64,000 bases of DNA, from NCBI RefSeq assembly GCF_006345805.1, contig NC_043017.1, positions 23,622,001-23,686,000 on the forward strand, written 5' to 3'. The stretch comes from Octopus sinensis. Taxonomy: Eukaryota. This document shows, one piece after another, positions 11,611 to 25,438 of the stretch; positions within the stretch are counted from its first letter, which is position 1, and every line of letters starts with the position of its first letter. The translations under genes were made by a program, and so were the position numbers. The notes under the pieces were generated by a model. That model searched no databases. It was not told the DNA's origin and saw only the letters and a program-made list of their open reading frames with translations.

Positions 11611-14271
11611 TGTGCACAATAGGCTTCTTTCACTTTCTGTCTACCAAATCTATTCACAAGACTTTGCTCAGTCCAGAGTTAGAGTAGAAGACACTTGCCC
11701 AAGATGCTTCTACTTTGGAATCAAACTTCTTACCACGCAGCCATGCCTGCACTTATATAGCCTCACCTGTGTCCTATAGCCACTCCTGTGCCTATAGCCA
11801 CACCTGTGTGTGAATAAATAATCTGAACAAAATAACCACATCAGTTTTTTTTTTAAATTTCTGATGAGGCGTGGCCTTCTTGCCAATGGCACGTTAAACA
11901 CCCCATTCGTGGTGGCACATGAAACATTCGAGTTAGGTCATCGCCAGTGCTGCTGTACTGGCTCCTGTGCAGGTGTCACATAAAAAGCACCATTTGGGCA
12001 TGGCCGGTGGCACGTAAAAGCACCCACTACACTCTTAGAGTGATTGGCATTAGGAAGGGCATCCAGCTGTAGAAACTCTGCCAGATCAGATTGGAGCCTG
12101 GTTCGCCAGACATCAGTCAAATTGTCCAACCCATGCTAGCATGGAAAGCGGACGTTAAATGATGATGATGATGATTTGAAGACATAATGCACAAAAAGTA
12201 CAATGAATGGACAAATAGCAGCTAACCAGATGGTCAGAAAATTGAGCCAATGAATTAGTTCCTTTATATTCAGTTGACTTGTTAGAAATAAACAGCAGCC
12301 AAATTTCCTTCCAATCAGATGCTATTGTCTTTAAAAAAATTTCATTTTGGATAATGAGGTTCTACATATACACACAATCTAAAAACAATAAGTATGGATG
12401 ACCACTATTGGAATATCTTTGATTATAGGTTTGTGGGGTCAGGTATATCCTGAGTCTAAATTATAATATCAGTATCAAGGTGGGAAATCATGTTAGTAGG
12501 GTAATCAGCTGAGTCAACCAATTGGCCTCATCGGATGTACACACACACACACACACACACTCTCTCTCTCTCTCTGTATCTGTATCTCTCTCCAACAGAT
12601 GCCACAGTCTGGTGGCTTGAATGCCCTGCCATCTGTTATCACTTAGACTCAAGGGTACTTATGGTTGAGGAGAAACAATTTCTTCAAATGGTTAACTTTC
12701 TCACAGGTTCTCACTGGCTAATTGTCATTTCTTACTTTTATAAGTTTTGTGTGTTTTGATGTGGTTTGGTTTATACATATAATGTTAGATAAGAGAGAAA
12801 GGAGTGCTCAATACATGTAGAGGATATGATTTTAAAAAAAATTAAAACCGAAACTGAGAGCTTGTCTTGCAGCTCAAGTTTCATGCTGTTGTGATCTTCA
12901 GGCAGTGGCCTGAAACTTGAATCACAAGACAAGTTCTCTGCTTCAGTTTTAATTTATATATATATATATAAACACACACACACAGAGGCAGGCAGTCAGA
13001 CCGACCTGTGCATATATGGAAGCTGGTTTTGATTTTTGTTTATCGATATTCAGTGTTGAGGATAAGAGTTGTAAATGTCAAACAGTTTCGTTTGTGTCTT
13101 TGTTGAAAATAAATATGTTCTGAAGAGTTTAGTTTATCCAAGAAGAATAACATCTCTGACTGCCTCAGAAAAATCACATCGCATAATAAAACTGTTTGGT
13201 TATATGCTAAAAAGAAAGCCTCTGTATTGTTTTTCAATCTCCTTGATATAAAAGCTAAATCTTTATCAAATAACTCTTTACTGCTTTAGGAAACAAAGTA
13301 CACTTCAAGCAATGTGGTTTTAATATAAACAGATGAGATTGTCATGGTTGGAGTAATTTAGTTTGCTCAACCAGTTGGTGGTTAGATAACATCTACCACC
13401 ACTTTGATGTAATTAAGATCAACAAGAGACAGTTAAGAGTTTACTGAACTGACACTATAATAACAAGGTAGATCTAGCTGTGTTCAAAGTCTACTTTCCC
13501 ATTCTGTTATGCAATCAGAACAAATATTTGACTAAATGTTCACCAAAAAATTCTATTGAATGAAAACAAAGAGAATTTTTCCTGTTACATGTATTTTGAA
13601 TGTCTTTTTTTTTATACTACAAACTTTTATAGTCAATGCTGACTTGAAATTATGTGGCTATGGACCTATTTCTATTCCTTATCTGATTTTTTTGTTTGTT
13701 TCTCCCCTCTAAACTTGTCCAACAGCATACATGTTGAATAGAGCTGGGTCATGTAGACATGTAAATACAATATCTAAATATCTTGCTAAATAATAGACAC
13801 TATTTATATATTTTACTTAATAATCATGAATAAAACTGTGGACTCTGGGATACCAGAGCAGACACTCGATCAATCAAAACGAACATTAATGTTTAACCAT
13901 CAGCATTTTATTTTGTCCTTGGTAAAGACAAATTCTCAATGGTACAGTTGATTGAATGTAAATAAAGGCATGGAAAGAGAGTTTATGACTGTTGGGAGCT
14001 TGGAAATCTATAACTGGTTTCTGCTTTATTTTACATTTGCACAAAGGCACAGCTATAGATAGGTGCAGACATGGCTGTATAGTTGCTTCTCAACCATTTG
14101 GTTTTGGTTCAATCCCACAGTGTGACACCTTCTACTGCAGCCCTGGTTGGCCAAAGCCTTTTAAGTGGATTTGGTAGGTAGAAACTGAAAGAAGCTTGTG
14201 TGTGTGTGTGTGTGGTGTGTGTGTGTGTGTGTGCATGTCCTAGTCTTAACGTTCTGGAATATTGTAAATGA

Positions 14272-14670
14272 GGCACAGGGGTGGCTGTGTGGTAAGTAGC
14301 TTGTTTACCAACCACATTGTTCCAGGTTCAGTGCCACTGCGTGGCACCTTGGATAAGTGTCTTCTGCTATAGCCTCGGGCCAACCAAAGCCTTGTGAGTG
14401 GATTTGGTAGACGGAAACTGAAAGAAGCCCGTCATATATATATATATATATATATATGCGTGTGTGTGTCTGTGTTTGTCCCCCTAGCGTTGCTTGACAA
14501 CCCATGCTGGTGTGTTTATGTCCCCGTCACTTAGCGGTTCGGCAAAAGAGACAGATAAAATAAGTACTGGGCTTACAAAGAATAAGTCCCGGGGGCGAGT
14601 TGCTCGATTAAAGGCGGTGCTCCAGCATGGCCGCAGCCAAATGACTGAAACAAGTAAAAGAATAAAAGAG
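14272..14670 (+). mobile_element. tRNA-derived SINE family B, full length, with internal (TA)n/(TG)n
   Basis: Head ggcacaggggtggctgtgtggtaag...ggttcagtgcc, CORE-like ggcaccttggataagtg, tail gtaaaagaataaaagag. Confidence 0.85.
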
Positions 14671-14894
14671 AGTATCTGCATCGTACATACATTGCTATTC
14701 ATTTCTAGTTTTCCCTGAAAATATGTCAAGTTACAGGAAACAATTGAGGGGTGGTGACAGGAAGGGCATCCAGCCATAGAAAATCTGCCTGAAAGTATCC
14801 AATTTCGCCCATGTAAGCATGGAAAAGTAGATGGTAAAAGAATGATGATGATGACCAAGGCTTGTTATCTATTATGAATTTCTTCACATCTTAA

Positions 14895-15105
14895 CATTTT
14901 CGTTACCGTATTTATTTTGAGATGCTCTGTGTTTCATTCAGTTAATTTTAAATATAACAAAGAATTTAGTAAAGGAACTTAGTTATCATTGGGAACATAA
15001 ATTGTGACTAAGGTTTGGTGGAAGATTTTAATTCAATACTTATGAAAGTAAGATATTTGTACTACAGAGCCAGAGGTGGGTTTGGCTGGGTTGGTATCAA
15101 AAGGG
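14895..15105. mobile_element. piggyBac-like MITE
   Basis: TTAA-cattttcgttacc ... ggtatcaaaaggg-TTAA. Homologous to 37691-37911. Confidence 0.75.
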
Positions 15106-16667
15106 TTAAGGCACAGAGCTGGCAGAACCATTAGCACACCAAATAGAATGCTTAGTGGCATTTTATCTCTCTTTACTTTCTGAGATCAACTTTACCTTTC
15201 ATCATTTCAGGGTCAATAAAATAAGTACCAGTCAAGTACTGGGGTCAATGTAATCAAAAACTGCTGGCCCTAAGTCAAAGTTTGAAACCATTATTACTTT
15301 CACATTTTTGGTGCATTCTAGGAATATAAAACAAATGATGGATCCCTTTGCTTGACTGATATTTTATAAGTCATCACCCCAGAAAGATGACAGAAAATGT
15401 TACCCTCAGTGGAATTTGAACTTGTGATATAAAGAGGCATATCTAATTATTGTAATGCATTATTTTCTGACTCACTAACGATTTTTGCCATTCTCAATTC
15501 AATCAGTTCCGTGTATGATGAGTTGCTACTAAATTTATTGATCCCTGACCACCACCACTACCACCACTGTTGTCACTTCCCCACCACTACTGTTACTACC
15601 CCCCTCATTACTACAGCTGTTGTAGCTTCCACCCATCCTGCCACTCACTGCCACCACCTCTAGAAGGATGAAAAGCAAATTTTAACCTGTTATGTTTCCA
15701 ATTCAGAATGCAGCCAAATTAAACTTCATATTACTGTTTTAGCATAAAGCGATGAGATGGCAGAATCATTAGCACACTGGACAAAGTGCTTAGCAGCATT
15801 TCATCCATCTTGATGTTCTGAGTTCTAATTCTGCCAAGATTGACTTTACCTTTCATCCTCTCAGGGGTTAATAAAATATCGGTTGAACACTGAGATTGAT
15901 GTAATTGACTTACCCCTTTCCTCTAAATTGCTGGCCTTGTGTTAAAAATTTGAAACCAATATTACTGTTTTAGCAATCTGTGTATCCACATTAAGTAAGC
16001 TATACAGGCTGCTATTTGGTACTAATACTGCTTTTCACTCTTCTATTAGAAGTTAAGATAAAGATTTCTATTATTAGCACAAGTTTGTTAAACTCTTATA
16101 AAGGTCTGCTTTGGTTTTAAATCTTCTAGGATTGATAGATAAGGTACCAGTTATGTATTGGGATCAATATAGCTAAGTGGACCCTTGTCTGGAAGTATTT
16201 CAGTTTAGAGTAGAGCACATTGGATTAAATGGATCCTCTCCCTACTCTTGATTGATTCAAGGTCACCAATTTTGTGGAAAGCAGGCTAGTCAAACCCATT
16301 GACATCAGTACTTAAGTAGTAGTATGTTTTATTGACCCTGGAAAGATGAAAGCCAAAGTTGACCTTGGTAGGAACTGAACTCAGAATGTAAGGAGTCAGA
16401 ACAAATTCCACAAGGTATTTTATCCAAAGCTTCAATGAGCTGGCAGCCTTCCTTTCAACTTAATAATTCTTTCTATTATAGCCACAAAGTTTGAAACTTT
16501 GAGGGAAAGATCCAATTACATCAACTCCAGTGCTCAACTGGTACCTATTTTATGGACCCAGAAGGGATGAAAAGTAAAGCTTTTCCTTAACAGAAATTGA
16601 ACTCAGAACATAAAGCCAGAAGAAATGTCACTAAGCATCTGTTGAAATCTAATATCTTTCAGGTAAA

Positions 16668-17065
16668 AATCCTTTCTCCTCTAGGCACAAGGCCTGAAAT
16701 TTTCGGAGAGGGGACCAGTCAATTAGATCAACCCCAGTATGCAACTGGTACTTAATTTATTGACCCCCGAAAGGATGAAAGTCAGAGTTGACCTTGGTGG
16801 AATTTGAACTCAGAACATAGTTGCAGACGAAATACCTATTTCTTTACTACCTACAAGGGGCTAAACACAGAGAGGACAAACAAGGACAAACGGATTAAGT
16901 CAATTACATTGAGCCAAGCACTCAACTGGTACTTATTTAATCGACCCTGAAAAGATGAAAGGCAAAGTCGACCTTGGCGGAATTTGAACTCAGAACATAG
17001 TGCCAGAAGTAACACCGCTTAGCATTTCGCCCGGCGTGCTAACAATTCTACCAGCTTGCCACCTT
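16668..17065 (-). mobile_element. Chimeric SINE A dimer (A1 monomer joined to headless A2 unit)
   Basis: Junction at aatacc (16831-16836). The left unit has the A2 tail and the right unit has the A1 tail and tRNA-like head. Confidence 0.75.
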
Positions 17066-19463
17066 TATTTTCCAAGTAATAATGGTTTCAAATTTTGGCA
17101 CAAGGCCAGCAATTCCAGGGAAGTAGGGTTAAGTCAATTACATCAACCCCAGTGTTCAACTGGTACTTATTGATCCCAAAAGGATGAGAGGCACAGTCAA
17201 CCCTCGCAGCATTTGAACTCAGAATGTGAAAACAGACAAAACGCCGCAATGCTTTTTCTCCAGCATGCTAACGATTCTTCCAGCTCCCCACTTTCCTTCA
17301 ACTTCATCATAAAAGACCAAATGTCTATCTATTGAAATCTAATATCTCTCAAGTGATAATAAGATTTCATTCCTAGATTTGTATTTAACTTTGAACACTT
17401 CAGTATAGGTGGTGGAAGTTTGGTGTCTCAATGAGTTGATTTTATAAATTTTGTGATTCCTCTAGCTTCATTTGTATTCAATTTATCGTTTATTCATGTC
17501 ATTAACAAAACAAAACATGTATCCTCTCCGTATGTTAATTAGGTAACTTGGCAAATTAATTTCATACATATTTGTTAATTGGTTTTCCTCTTTTCTATCT
17601 TGATTTTTAAATGAGAAAAATTGAAGACCTGATTTTTCAATTCCTGACGTTAACATATCTTAGCAACAAGTCACTAATTAGTTTTCAATGTTGTGTAATA
17701 GATTATATCTTATAGATTATCAAATTAATTTTCGTTCAATCGCTATTTTAACAGTGGCTTTGGGAACGGACCAATTAAGTCAGGTGTGTTGCTTTGAGAG
17801 CTACAACAGGTACACAAAAATTTTTGTTATTTGTTGCTGTTGCCATTTTTGTTTAGTGTCAGTACGAGATGGTCATGCTGGATTGTATTTGATCATGGGA
17901 CAATTGGGGCTGATCTGGAGCTGAAGAGCAGTGAAAATCACATAGATATATTGTAGTAATCTCTTTAATCCCCTAATCACATAATTCTTTTACATAAAAG
18001 TTACAAGAAGAATTTTGTGTTTATATGGTATTCAGCAGGTTGCTGCCATATCCTTGTGCTCTTTTGGTTTTAATTTTTTTTTTTTTTGCTTGGCTGTGTG
18101 GTTAAGAATCTCATGGTTTTGGGTTCAATCTCACTGCATGGTATCTTGAGCAAGTGTCTTCTGCTCTGGCCCAGGCTAACCTATGCCTCATGAGTGAATT
18201 TGGTAGGAGGAAACCGTGTAGATGCCCATCATGTGTGGGTATATACATGTATACATATATGTATGTATGTTTGTATATACTTATATATATATAAACTTTA
18301 AAAAAAATAAATATAAATATTAAAAAATTAAAAGTTTAAAAATTTATAAATATAAATTAAAAATTTTAAATTCAAATAATTTAATTTTATATTTTATATA
18401 TTTTGTATATTATATTAATTATATTTATTTTTATGTTTTGGTTTATGTTTTTCACTGTTTGATTTGCCTAATAGTGGTTTTATCTCTAATTTGATATATA
18501 TATATATATATATATATAAGTTTATATATGTATTGAGAAAGAAGCATGACCATCCCAGCTTGTCATTTTTGACATAATAAACATATCTGTCCTCTCTACG
18601 TAACATACTGAGTTTTATATCAGAGAATAGTTTCTAATTTGAGTACTAGGCCAGCAAATACAAAGACACTAACAACACACACACACAAATAGGTATATAT
18701 GTATATACATACATACATGCATGTAAGCATCTATCCATGCATGTATGTATTCACATATTTGTATGTACATGTGTGTGAGTGACTTCCCATTTGTTGTCCT
18801 TGGCTGATCATGCATCTCTCATTCTTTCTCACTGTATGTATATAAACTTTAAGAAGTTCAAATATGTTTGAGAGATATTTGCACCTGTAAAGGCTTTTCA
18901 CTGCGGTTTGACATGGAGGAAAAGTTGTCAAAGTTGTAAAAACACAATAGTCAGCTCAGAGCACTCTCTGTTGAACTAGTCTCAAATTGGCATCACTGCT
19001 TCACACATCTGTTCATATATACATGCAAATTCTGGCATGTATATATGTACATTGGTAAGAAAAAAAAACTTACTGAATCGGATAAAAGCTACTTCGTTTA
19101 TACTGGCACTCCCCTGTCTCTCCTACCATTGGGAATATTTTACTATTTTTCTTTCTGACAAATTTTTTTTTTTTAGCATACATAAAATTACAAAAAAAAC
19201 CCAAATAAAGCACAAAACAAAATAACAATAAAACAGAATGAACAATAAATCTATATAACAAACTTAATAAGTGACACAAACTGAATATTACATTTTGAAT
19301 ATTGGAATCATTCTAAAGGAATAACAACAAATGGTGACAAGAGCAAATGTAATGAAGAATGGTGGGTCAATTGGGAAAACTAATAACCACCAGTTCCATT
19401 GTTCACAGACTTGCTTCTTACATAACACGTACATATATATATACGCATACACACACATGTGTA

Positions 19464-19508
<45 letters not shown>

Positions 19509-19589
19509 AATTGTTCTGGTACAAAACCATAAAAGTGTTCAGTGCTTTGTTGGAAGTGCGATGTTTCTCTTTCTGTGTCCATATAATAT

Positions 19590-20119
19590 ATGTGTGTGTG
19601 TGTGTGTGAGAGTATGTATATATATATGTATGTATGTATGTATATATATGTATGTATGTATGTATATGTATGTATGTATATATATGTATGTATGTATGTA
19701 TGTATATATATGTATGTATATATGTATGTATGTATATATGTATGTATGTATATATATGTATGTATGTATGTATATATATGTATGTATGTATATATATGTA
19801 TGTATGTATATGTATGTATGTATATATATGTATGTATGTATATATATGTATGTATGTATGTATGTATATGTATATATATGTATGTATATGTATGTATGTA
19901 TGTATATGTATGTATGTATGTATATGTATGTATGTATGTATATATATGTATGTATGTATATATGTATGTATGTATGTATATATATGTATGTATGTATATA
20001 TATTGTATGTATGTATATATATGTATGTATGTATATATATGTATGTATGTATGTATATATATGTATGTATGTATATATATGTATGTATGTATATGTATGT
20101 ATGTATATATGTATGTATG

Positions 20120-20152
<33 letters not shown>

Positions 20153-20529
20153 ATATATGTATGTATATGTATGTATGTATGTATATGTATGTATGTATGT
20201 ATATGTATGTATGTATGTATATATATGTATGTATGTATATATATGTATGTATGTATATATATGTGTATGTATGTATATATATGTGTATGTATGTATATAT
20301 ATGTGTATGTATGTATGTGTATATATATGTATGTGTATATATGTATGTGTATATATGTATATATATATATATATATATGTATGTATATATATGTACGTGT
20401 ATGTATGTATATATGTGTATGTATGTATATATATGTATGTGTATGTATGTTTATATATGTATGTGTATATATATGTATGTGTATGTATGTATATATGTAT
20501 GTGTATATATATGTGTGTATATATATATA

Positions 20530-20562
<33 letters not shown>

Positions 20563-20613
20563 GTATGTGTATGTATGTGTGTATGTATGTATATATATGT
20601 ATGTGTATATGTG

Positions 20614-20645
<32 letters not shown>

Positions 20646-20680
20646 TGTATGTATATATATATATATATATATACATATAT
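19590..20680. repeat. About 1.1 kb compound (TATG)n/(TA)n/(TG)n microsatellite
   Basis: Directly visible. It produces the spurious 360-460 aa ORFs. Confidence 0.97.
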
Positions 20681-21159
20681 GATAATTTCCAAGGATCATG
20701 TCTAAAATGTTATATTTTGTAACATTGTTCCTTCTTTAGTTGTCAGCCTAATAATATTTACTGTGAATGGCTTTCGGACTTTTGGTTTCTCTGTCTTTGA
20801 TTTTGTTTTATTCTTGATTTACTACATATATATCAGAGCAGCTAACTGGCTTCCGTGCTGGTGGCATGTAAAAAGCATCATTCGAGCATGTTCATTACCA
20901 GTGTCCCCTTACTGGCATTCAAGCAAGGTCGTTGCCACTGGACTGGCTCTTGTGCAGGTGGTACGTTAAAAACCGTGATCTGAACATGGCCGTTGCCAAT
21001 ACCACCTGACTGGCCCTCATGCTGGTGGCATGTAAAATCACCCACTACACTCCCGGAGTGGTTGGCGTTAGGAAGGGCATCCAGCTGTAGAAACTCTGCC
21101 AGATCAAATTGGAGCCTGCAACCCATGCTAGCATGGAAAGCGAACTTTAAGCGATGATG

Positions 21160-21196
<37 letters not shown>

Positions 21197-21561
21197 TTAT
21201 ATGTAATAACACAAATGGGCTGCAGTTCACTACAGCTGTTTCAGACTTGTTCTTTATTGATGAACAAAGTTTACTTTAGTATGTATGTATATGTCAGTAA
21301 ATATTGTTGGTACACAAGTACACTATCCCTGACTATACACACACACACACACTTTATATTCATTTATATATATATCTATTTATATATCTGTATAGAATAT
21401 ATAAGAAGTTTTCGTCAACTGACGTAAAATAACAGATATGTAATATGAGTGCTCAGTTAGATTTACCACAAAAACTTCAGCTTGAACTGCAAATGAAAGT
21501 GGGGTGTTGAGACTGCCTGTCAGAGGTGGCTAGAAGTGGTTTCTCCTCAAGTAGGCAGATA

Positions 21562-21727
21562 TAGATTAAAGTAAAAAGGAAAAAGTAAAACTTTTGGCAT
21601 CACTTGAAAAGGCCATTTAATTTCGACAGAGAATATGAGACTCTCTATCTTTATATTCTCTGCCGAAATTAAATGTTTTTTTTCAAGTGATACCAAGCAT
21701 TTTGCTTTTTCATTTTCACTTTAATCT

Positions 21728-21728
<1 letters not shown>
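21562..21728. mobile_element. Foldback or palindromic MITE-like element
   Basis: About 75 bp imperfect inverted arms, tagattaaagt ... actttaatcta, with a 16 nt spacer. TA occurs at both ends. Confidence 0.65.
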
Positions 21729-21764
<36 letters not shown>

Positions 21765-24320
21765 TATATATATATACAGAGAGAGAGAGAGAGAGAAAGA
21801 GAGATACACATATACATAAAGGTGTGTGTATATATATATACATACATGTATGTATGTGTGTATAGATATACATGCACATTTGTATAGAAAGATATAGACA
21901 TATAGATGTACACATATATATAAACGTGTGTGTATATATATATATATATGTATAGATTTATATATGCACACTTAGATAGATAGATAGCATGACCACAGCC
22001 TTTGGGATGAAACATAAAAGAAATATAAATAAACATGCACACACACATGTAATATCAATTTGTGTGAAATAAACCTGGAATGTTAGCATTGATTTGGTTG
22101 ACCAAATTTCTCCTCACATGAAATTTGGAATTGTGCTTAATCAAAGGAAATTCTTATTTGGTAAAATGCTAATCATGTATCCAGTCTGAGAGTCACCAAA
22201 AGACTTCTACACCTTCAATGGTCTCAGTATCTTTGTTTTAAAACAGATTAGTTTAGCTCATCATCATCGTTTAACGTCTGTTTTCTATGCTGGCATGGGT
22301 TGGACGGTTTGATTGGGGACTGGCAAGCCAGGTGGCCACACCAGGCTCTAATCTGATCTGGCAATGTTTCTACAGCTGGATGCCCTTCCTAACACCAACC
22401 CAAGTTACGGGAATGTAAACAAACCAACAACAATTCTCAAGTGGTGTGAAGATGAACACAAAGACATGCACATGCAAACACATACACAAATGTGTGTGTG
22501 TGTGTGTGTGTGTATGTCTTCCACAGTTACCAGCCATTGGCCAAATTCACTCACAAGGCATTGGTTTGGTTGGCCCAGAGTAGAAGACACTTGCCCAAGA
22601 TACTGTGCTGTACCTGAAACCACATGTTTGTGCAGCAAACTTCTTAATGACACAGCTAGGCTTATAGAAATCTTTTTAGAGCAAAAACAAATCCCCCAAA
22701 ACCTACCATTGTTGTTTAGTCCCCTGTTAGTCCTGATTAAACAAATCATCATCATCATCATTTAACATCCGTTTTCCATGTTGGTATAGTAAGAAGTTCC
22801 TTCTGAAGTCATACGGTTTCCATGGTGTATATTTTCCCCACCTGGACTGGAGCAATGTGAAATGAAGTGTTTTGCTCAAGAACACAATGCATTGCCTGGT
22901 CCAGGAATTGAAACCATAATCTTACAATCATGAGTCCAACACCCTAACCACTAAGCCACGTGTCTCCAAATGTTCACATGGGTCAGGCTGTTTAACAGAA
23001 GCTGGCCAGCTTGAAGAGCTGCCTGAGCTCCATGTCTGTTTTGGCAGGGTTCCTATGGCTGGATGCCCTTCTTAATGCCAACCACTTCACAGAGTGTACT
23101 GGGTCCTTTTATGCAGCACCAGCACAGGTACGTTTATGTAGCACCAGTACAGGTGCTTTTTACATGGCATCAGCACCCACAAGCCCACAAAATTAGGAAT
23201 GCACAGCTGGGGAGGGATACAGGGGATATGCCTATATGTAAGGACAACTATACTGTAATTTAGCTTGACGTGTCTTCTCAAGCACATGTAAGGTCAAAAG
23301 CATTCCAGTTATGACCATCATATCTTTTTGTATATCTGCTTCTATATTGGCTTATGTATCCTCCCTCTTTTTTTTTTTTATCGTAAGGCAATAGCTACAG
23401 GTATGGTTATAGGCATAGGTATGGCTGTAAGAATAAGAAATTCGCTTCCCAACCACATGGTTTTGGATTCAATCCTACTGTACAGCACATTGAGCAGGTA
23501 TCATCTACTATAACCCTGGGCCATCCAAAGCCTTGTGAATGAATTTGGAAGGCAGAAGTTCCAGTGTGTGTGTGTGTATGAAGATGCTTTCACTTCCTAT
23601 GATAGTAGGATGTGAATTGAGAGGATTTAGCTGGTATTTTTATTAGGTCCAATGACTACATAGAGGTTCCTTTTTGTTGTTATCGAACATTTAGTTGTTA
23701 AACAACATTGACCTACGAGCTGATTAATTCTTCCTTATTATCAGGTGCGGGTATTTTATTTACACTTACATCAATGTAAACTGGCCATCTTAAGAAATGT
23801 CTATGAGTCATTGATTTGTGTACTTTAAACTGACTGACCTTTTCTGATTTAAGGGAAGGGCAGAGATGCATTTAGTTACCACCTGATTATCAAACAATAA
23901 ATGACCTGAAAAGTTGAAGCATATTAATTCTTTTAATTCTTTGTTCCAATGTCTTTTGGCTTAGGAGGTGACTATTAAGCAAATATTTTAGCTATGGAGG
24001 TGACTCTTTAGCAAATGGTTTTCAAATTGTATGGGAGTGGTACAACTTCATTAACTCTGAATTGTGTTCAGTCCAGGAAGTGCATTAATTCATGAATGAA
24101 TTGGCTGTGTAACTGGTATTCTTGTTCATTTATTTCTTCCTACTACCATTGACACTGGCTGTCTGTTAAATGCTCTGCTGTCATTTTCCCCATTGAGACT
24201 GTCTGTCTAAAATCACTGTAGAGAATGGCTGTCTGACAGAGAATTGTTTGCCTACACCTATCCTTCAGAGATTGGTTGTGTAACAGCTCTTCATATACCC
24301 TCTATCCCAACCCTGTAGAG

Positions 24321-24521
24321 CAGTGGTTTTCAACCAGGGTTCCGCCAGTACAGTCCAGGGGTTCCACAAGAAGTTACAAAAATGCTAAAATCGACAGTAA
24401 TTTCTAATTCTTCTGTGCAGATATGTGTGCATAAGACTATTAAATTATTGCACAGGGGTTCCTTGAGCCAGTGGAATGTTTCCTTGGGGTTTCGCTCCAG
24501 CAAAAAGTTTGAAAAGCACTG
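24321..24521. mobile_element. hAT (Charlie-like) MITE, 201 bp
   Basis: TIRs cagtggttttcaa / ttgaaaagcactg. Perfect 8 bp TSD CTGTAGAG at 24313-24320 and 24522-24529. Confidence 0.9.
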
Positions 24522-25395
24522 CTGTAGAGACTGGCTAACAACCATCCATATATCAGGGTAGATACTGGCTAACAGCTATTCAAATATAAACCCTTTTAGA
24601 GACCGGTTGTCTAAGAGCTATCCATATACACACCATGAAGAGACTGTAGAAACATTTAACTCATTTTGTATGCTCTTGGAGAAAATAAGAGAGTTAAGTA
24701 TTGGCCTACATACGTACCCGTGGGTTAGGAAATCAAATCTTTGCCTTTCATGTTTCTTAGGTTGATAAAATATTTCATCGACTAACCCCATCTCCACATA
24801 CTTCTGGCTTTGTACCTAAGTTAGAAGTGATAATTATTTTCTCTTTAGTTCAATACAAGAACACACCTTAAAAGACATCAAAGAAACCATTATTGGCAAC
24901 ATTTCCTGTAGCCCCAGGTGAACATAGATCAGGCAAACAGACCTACAGCAGGCAGGTAGTCAAGCGAATGACTCATTGCAACTCATAAGCAGGTCTGTTG
25001 TTTCATACATACCATCCCTTCACCTAATCAAAGGATGTACAGAATGTTGTGACATCCGATGAGGTTTGTGAAGTCCAAGTTGACTCTGATTGTAAGATAT
25101 GATGGTCGTGCCTGTAACCAAAGACATTCCAGCTGTGACCATCATATCTGGGGCTATCTCCATTAACCAAAAATTTTTTTTTTTTTTAAATGCTAAGGTG
25201 TGTTATTTGAGAGATTTGGCTGTTATATCTAGCACATTGGTTGGCCATGTAGATGTTTCCCTCTTGGCCTGTGTGTCATCATGTGCTTCAAGGTGACATC
25301 TTTCTCTTTCCACTTTCCAATCTGTTATTTCTAGTCACCTGGGTTTCTTGAGACAGAACAGTAACAACAACAATAACTGGCTGTTTTCACAGTTG

Positions 25396-25438
<43 letters not shown>

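Noticed and set aside
11861-11900. CTGATGA as a hammerhead core (also 36713 and 53207)
   Set aside because: There is no properly placed stem II + GAAA + helix III/stem I.
18290-18445. Almost pure A/T stretch switching from A-rich to T-rich
   Set aside because: Low complexity with no real arm-to-arm complementarity; it may be poor-quality consensus.
19288-20722. Long ORFs of 360-460 aa on both strands
   Set aside because: They are translations of (TATG)n/(TA)n microsatellite (YIHT/MYVC repeats) with no coding complexity. The same applies to ORFs at 6636-6998, 43122-43437, 49294-49757 and 56472-57077.
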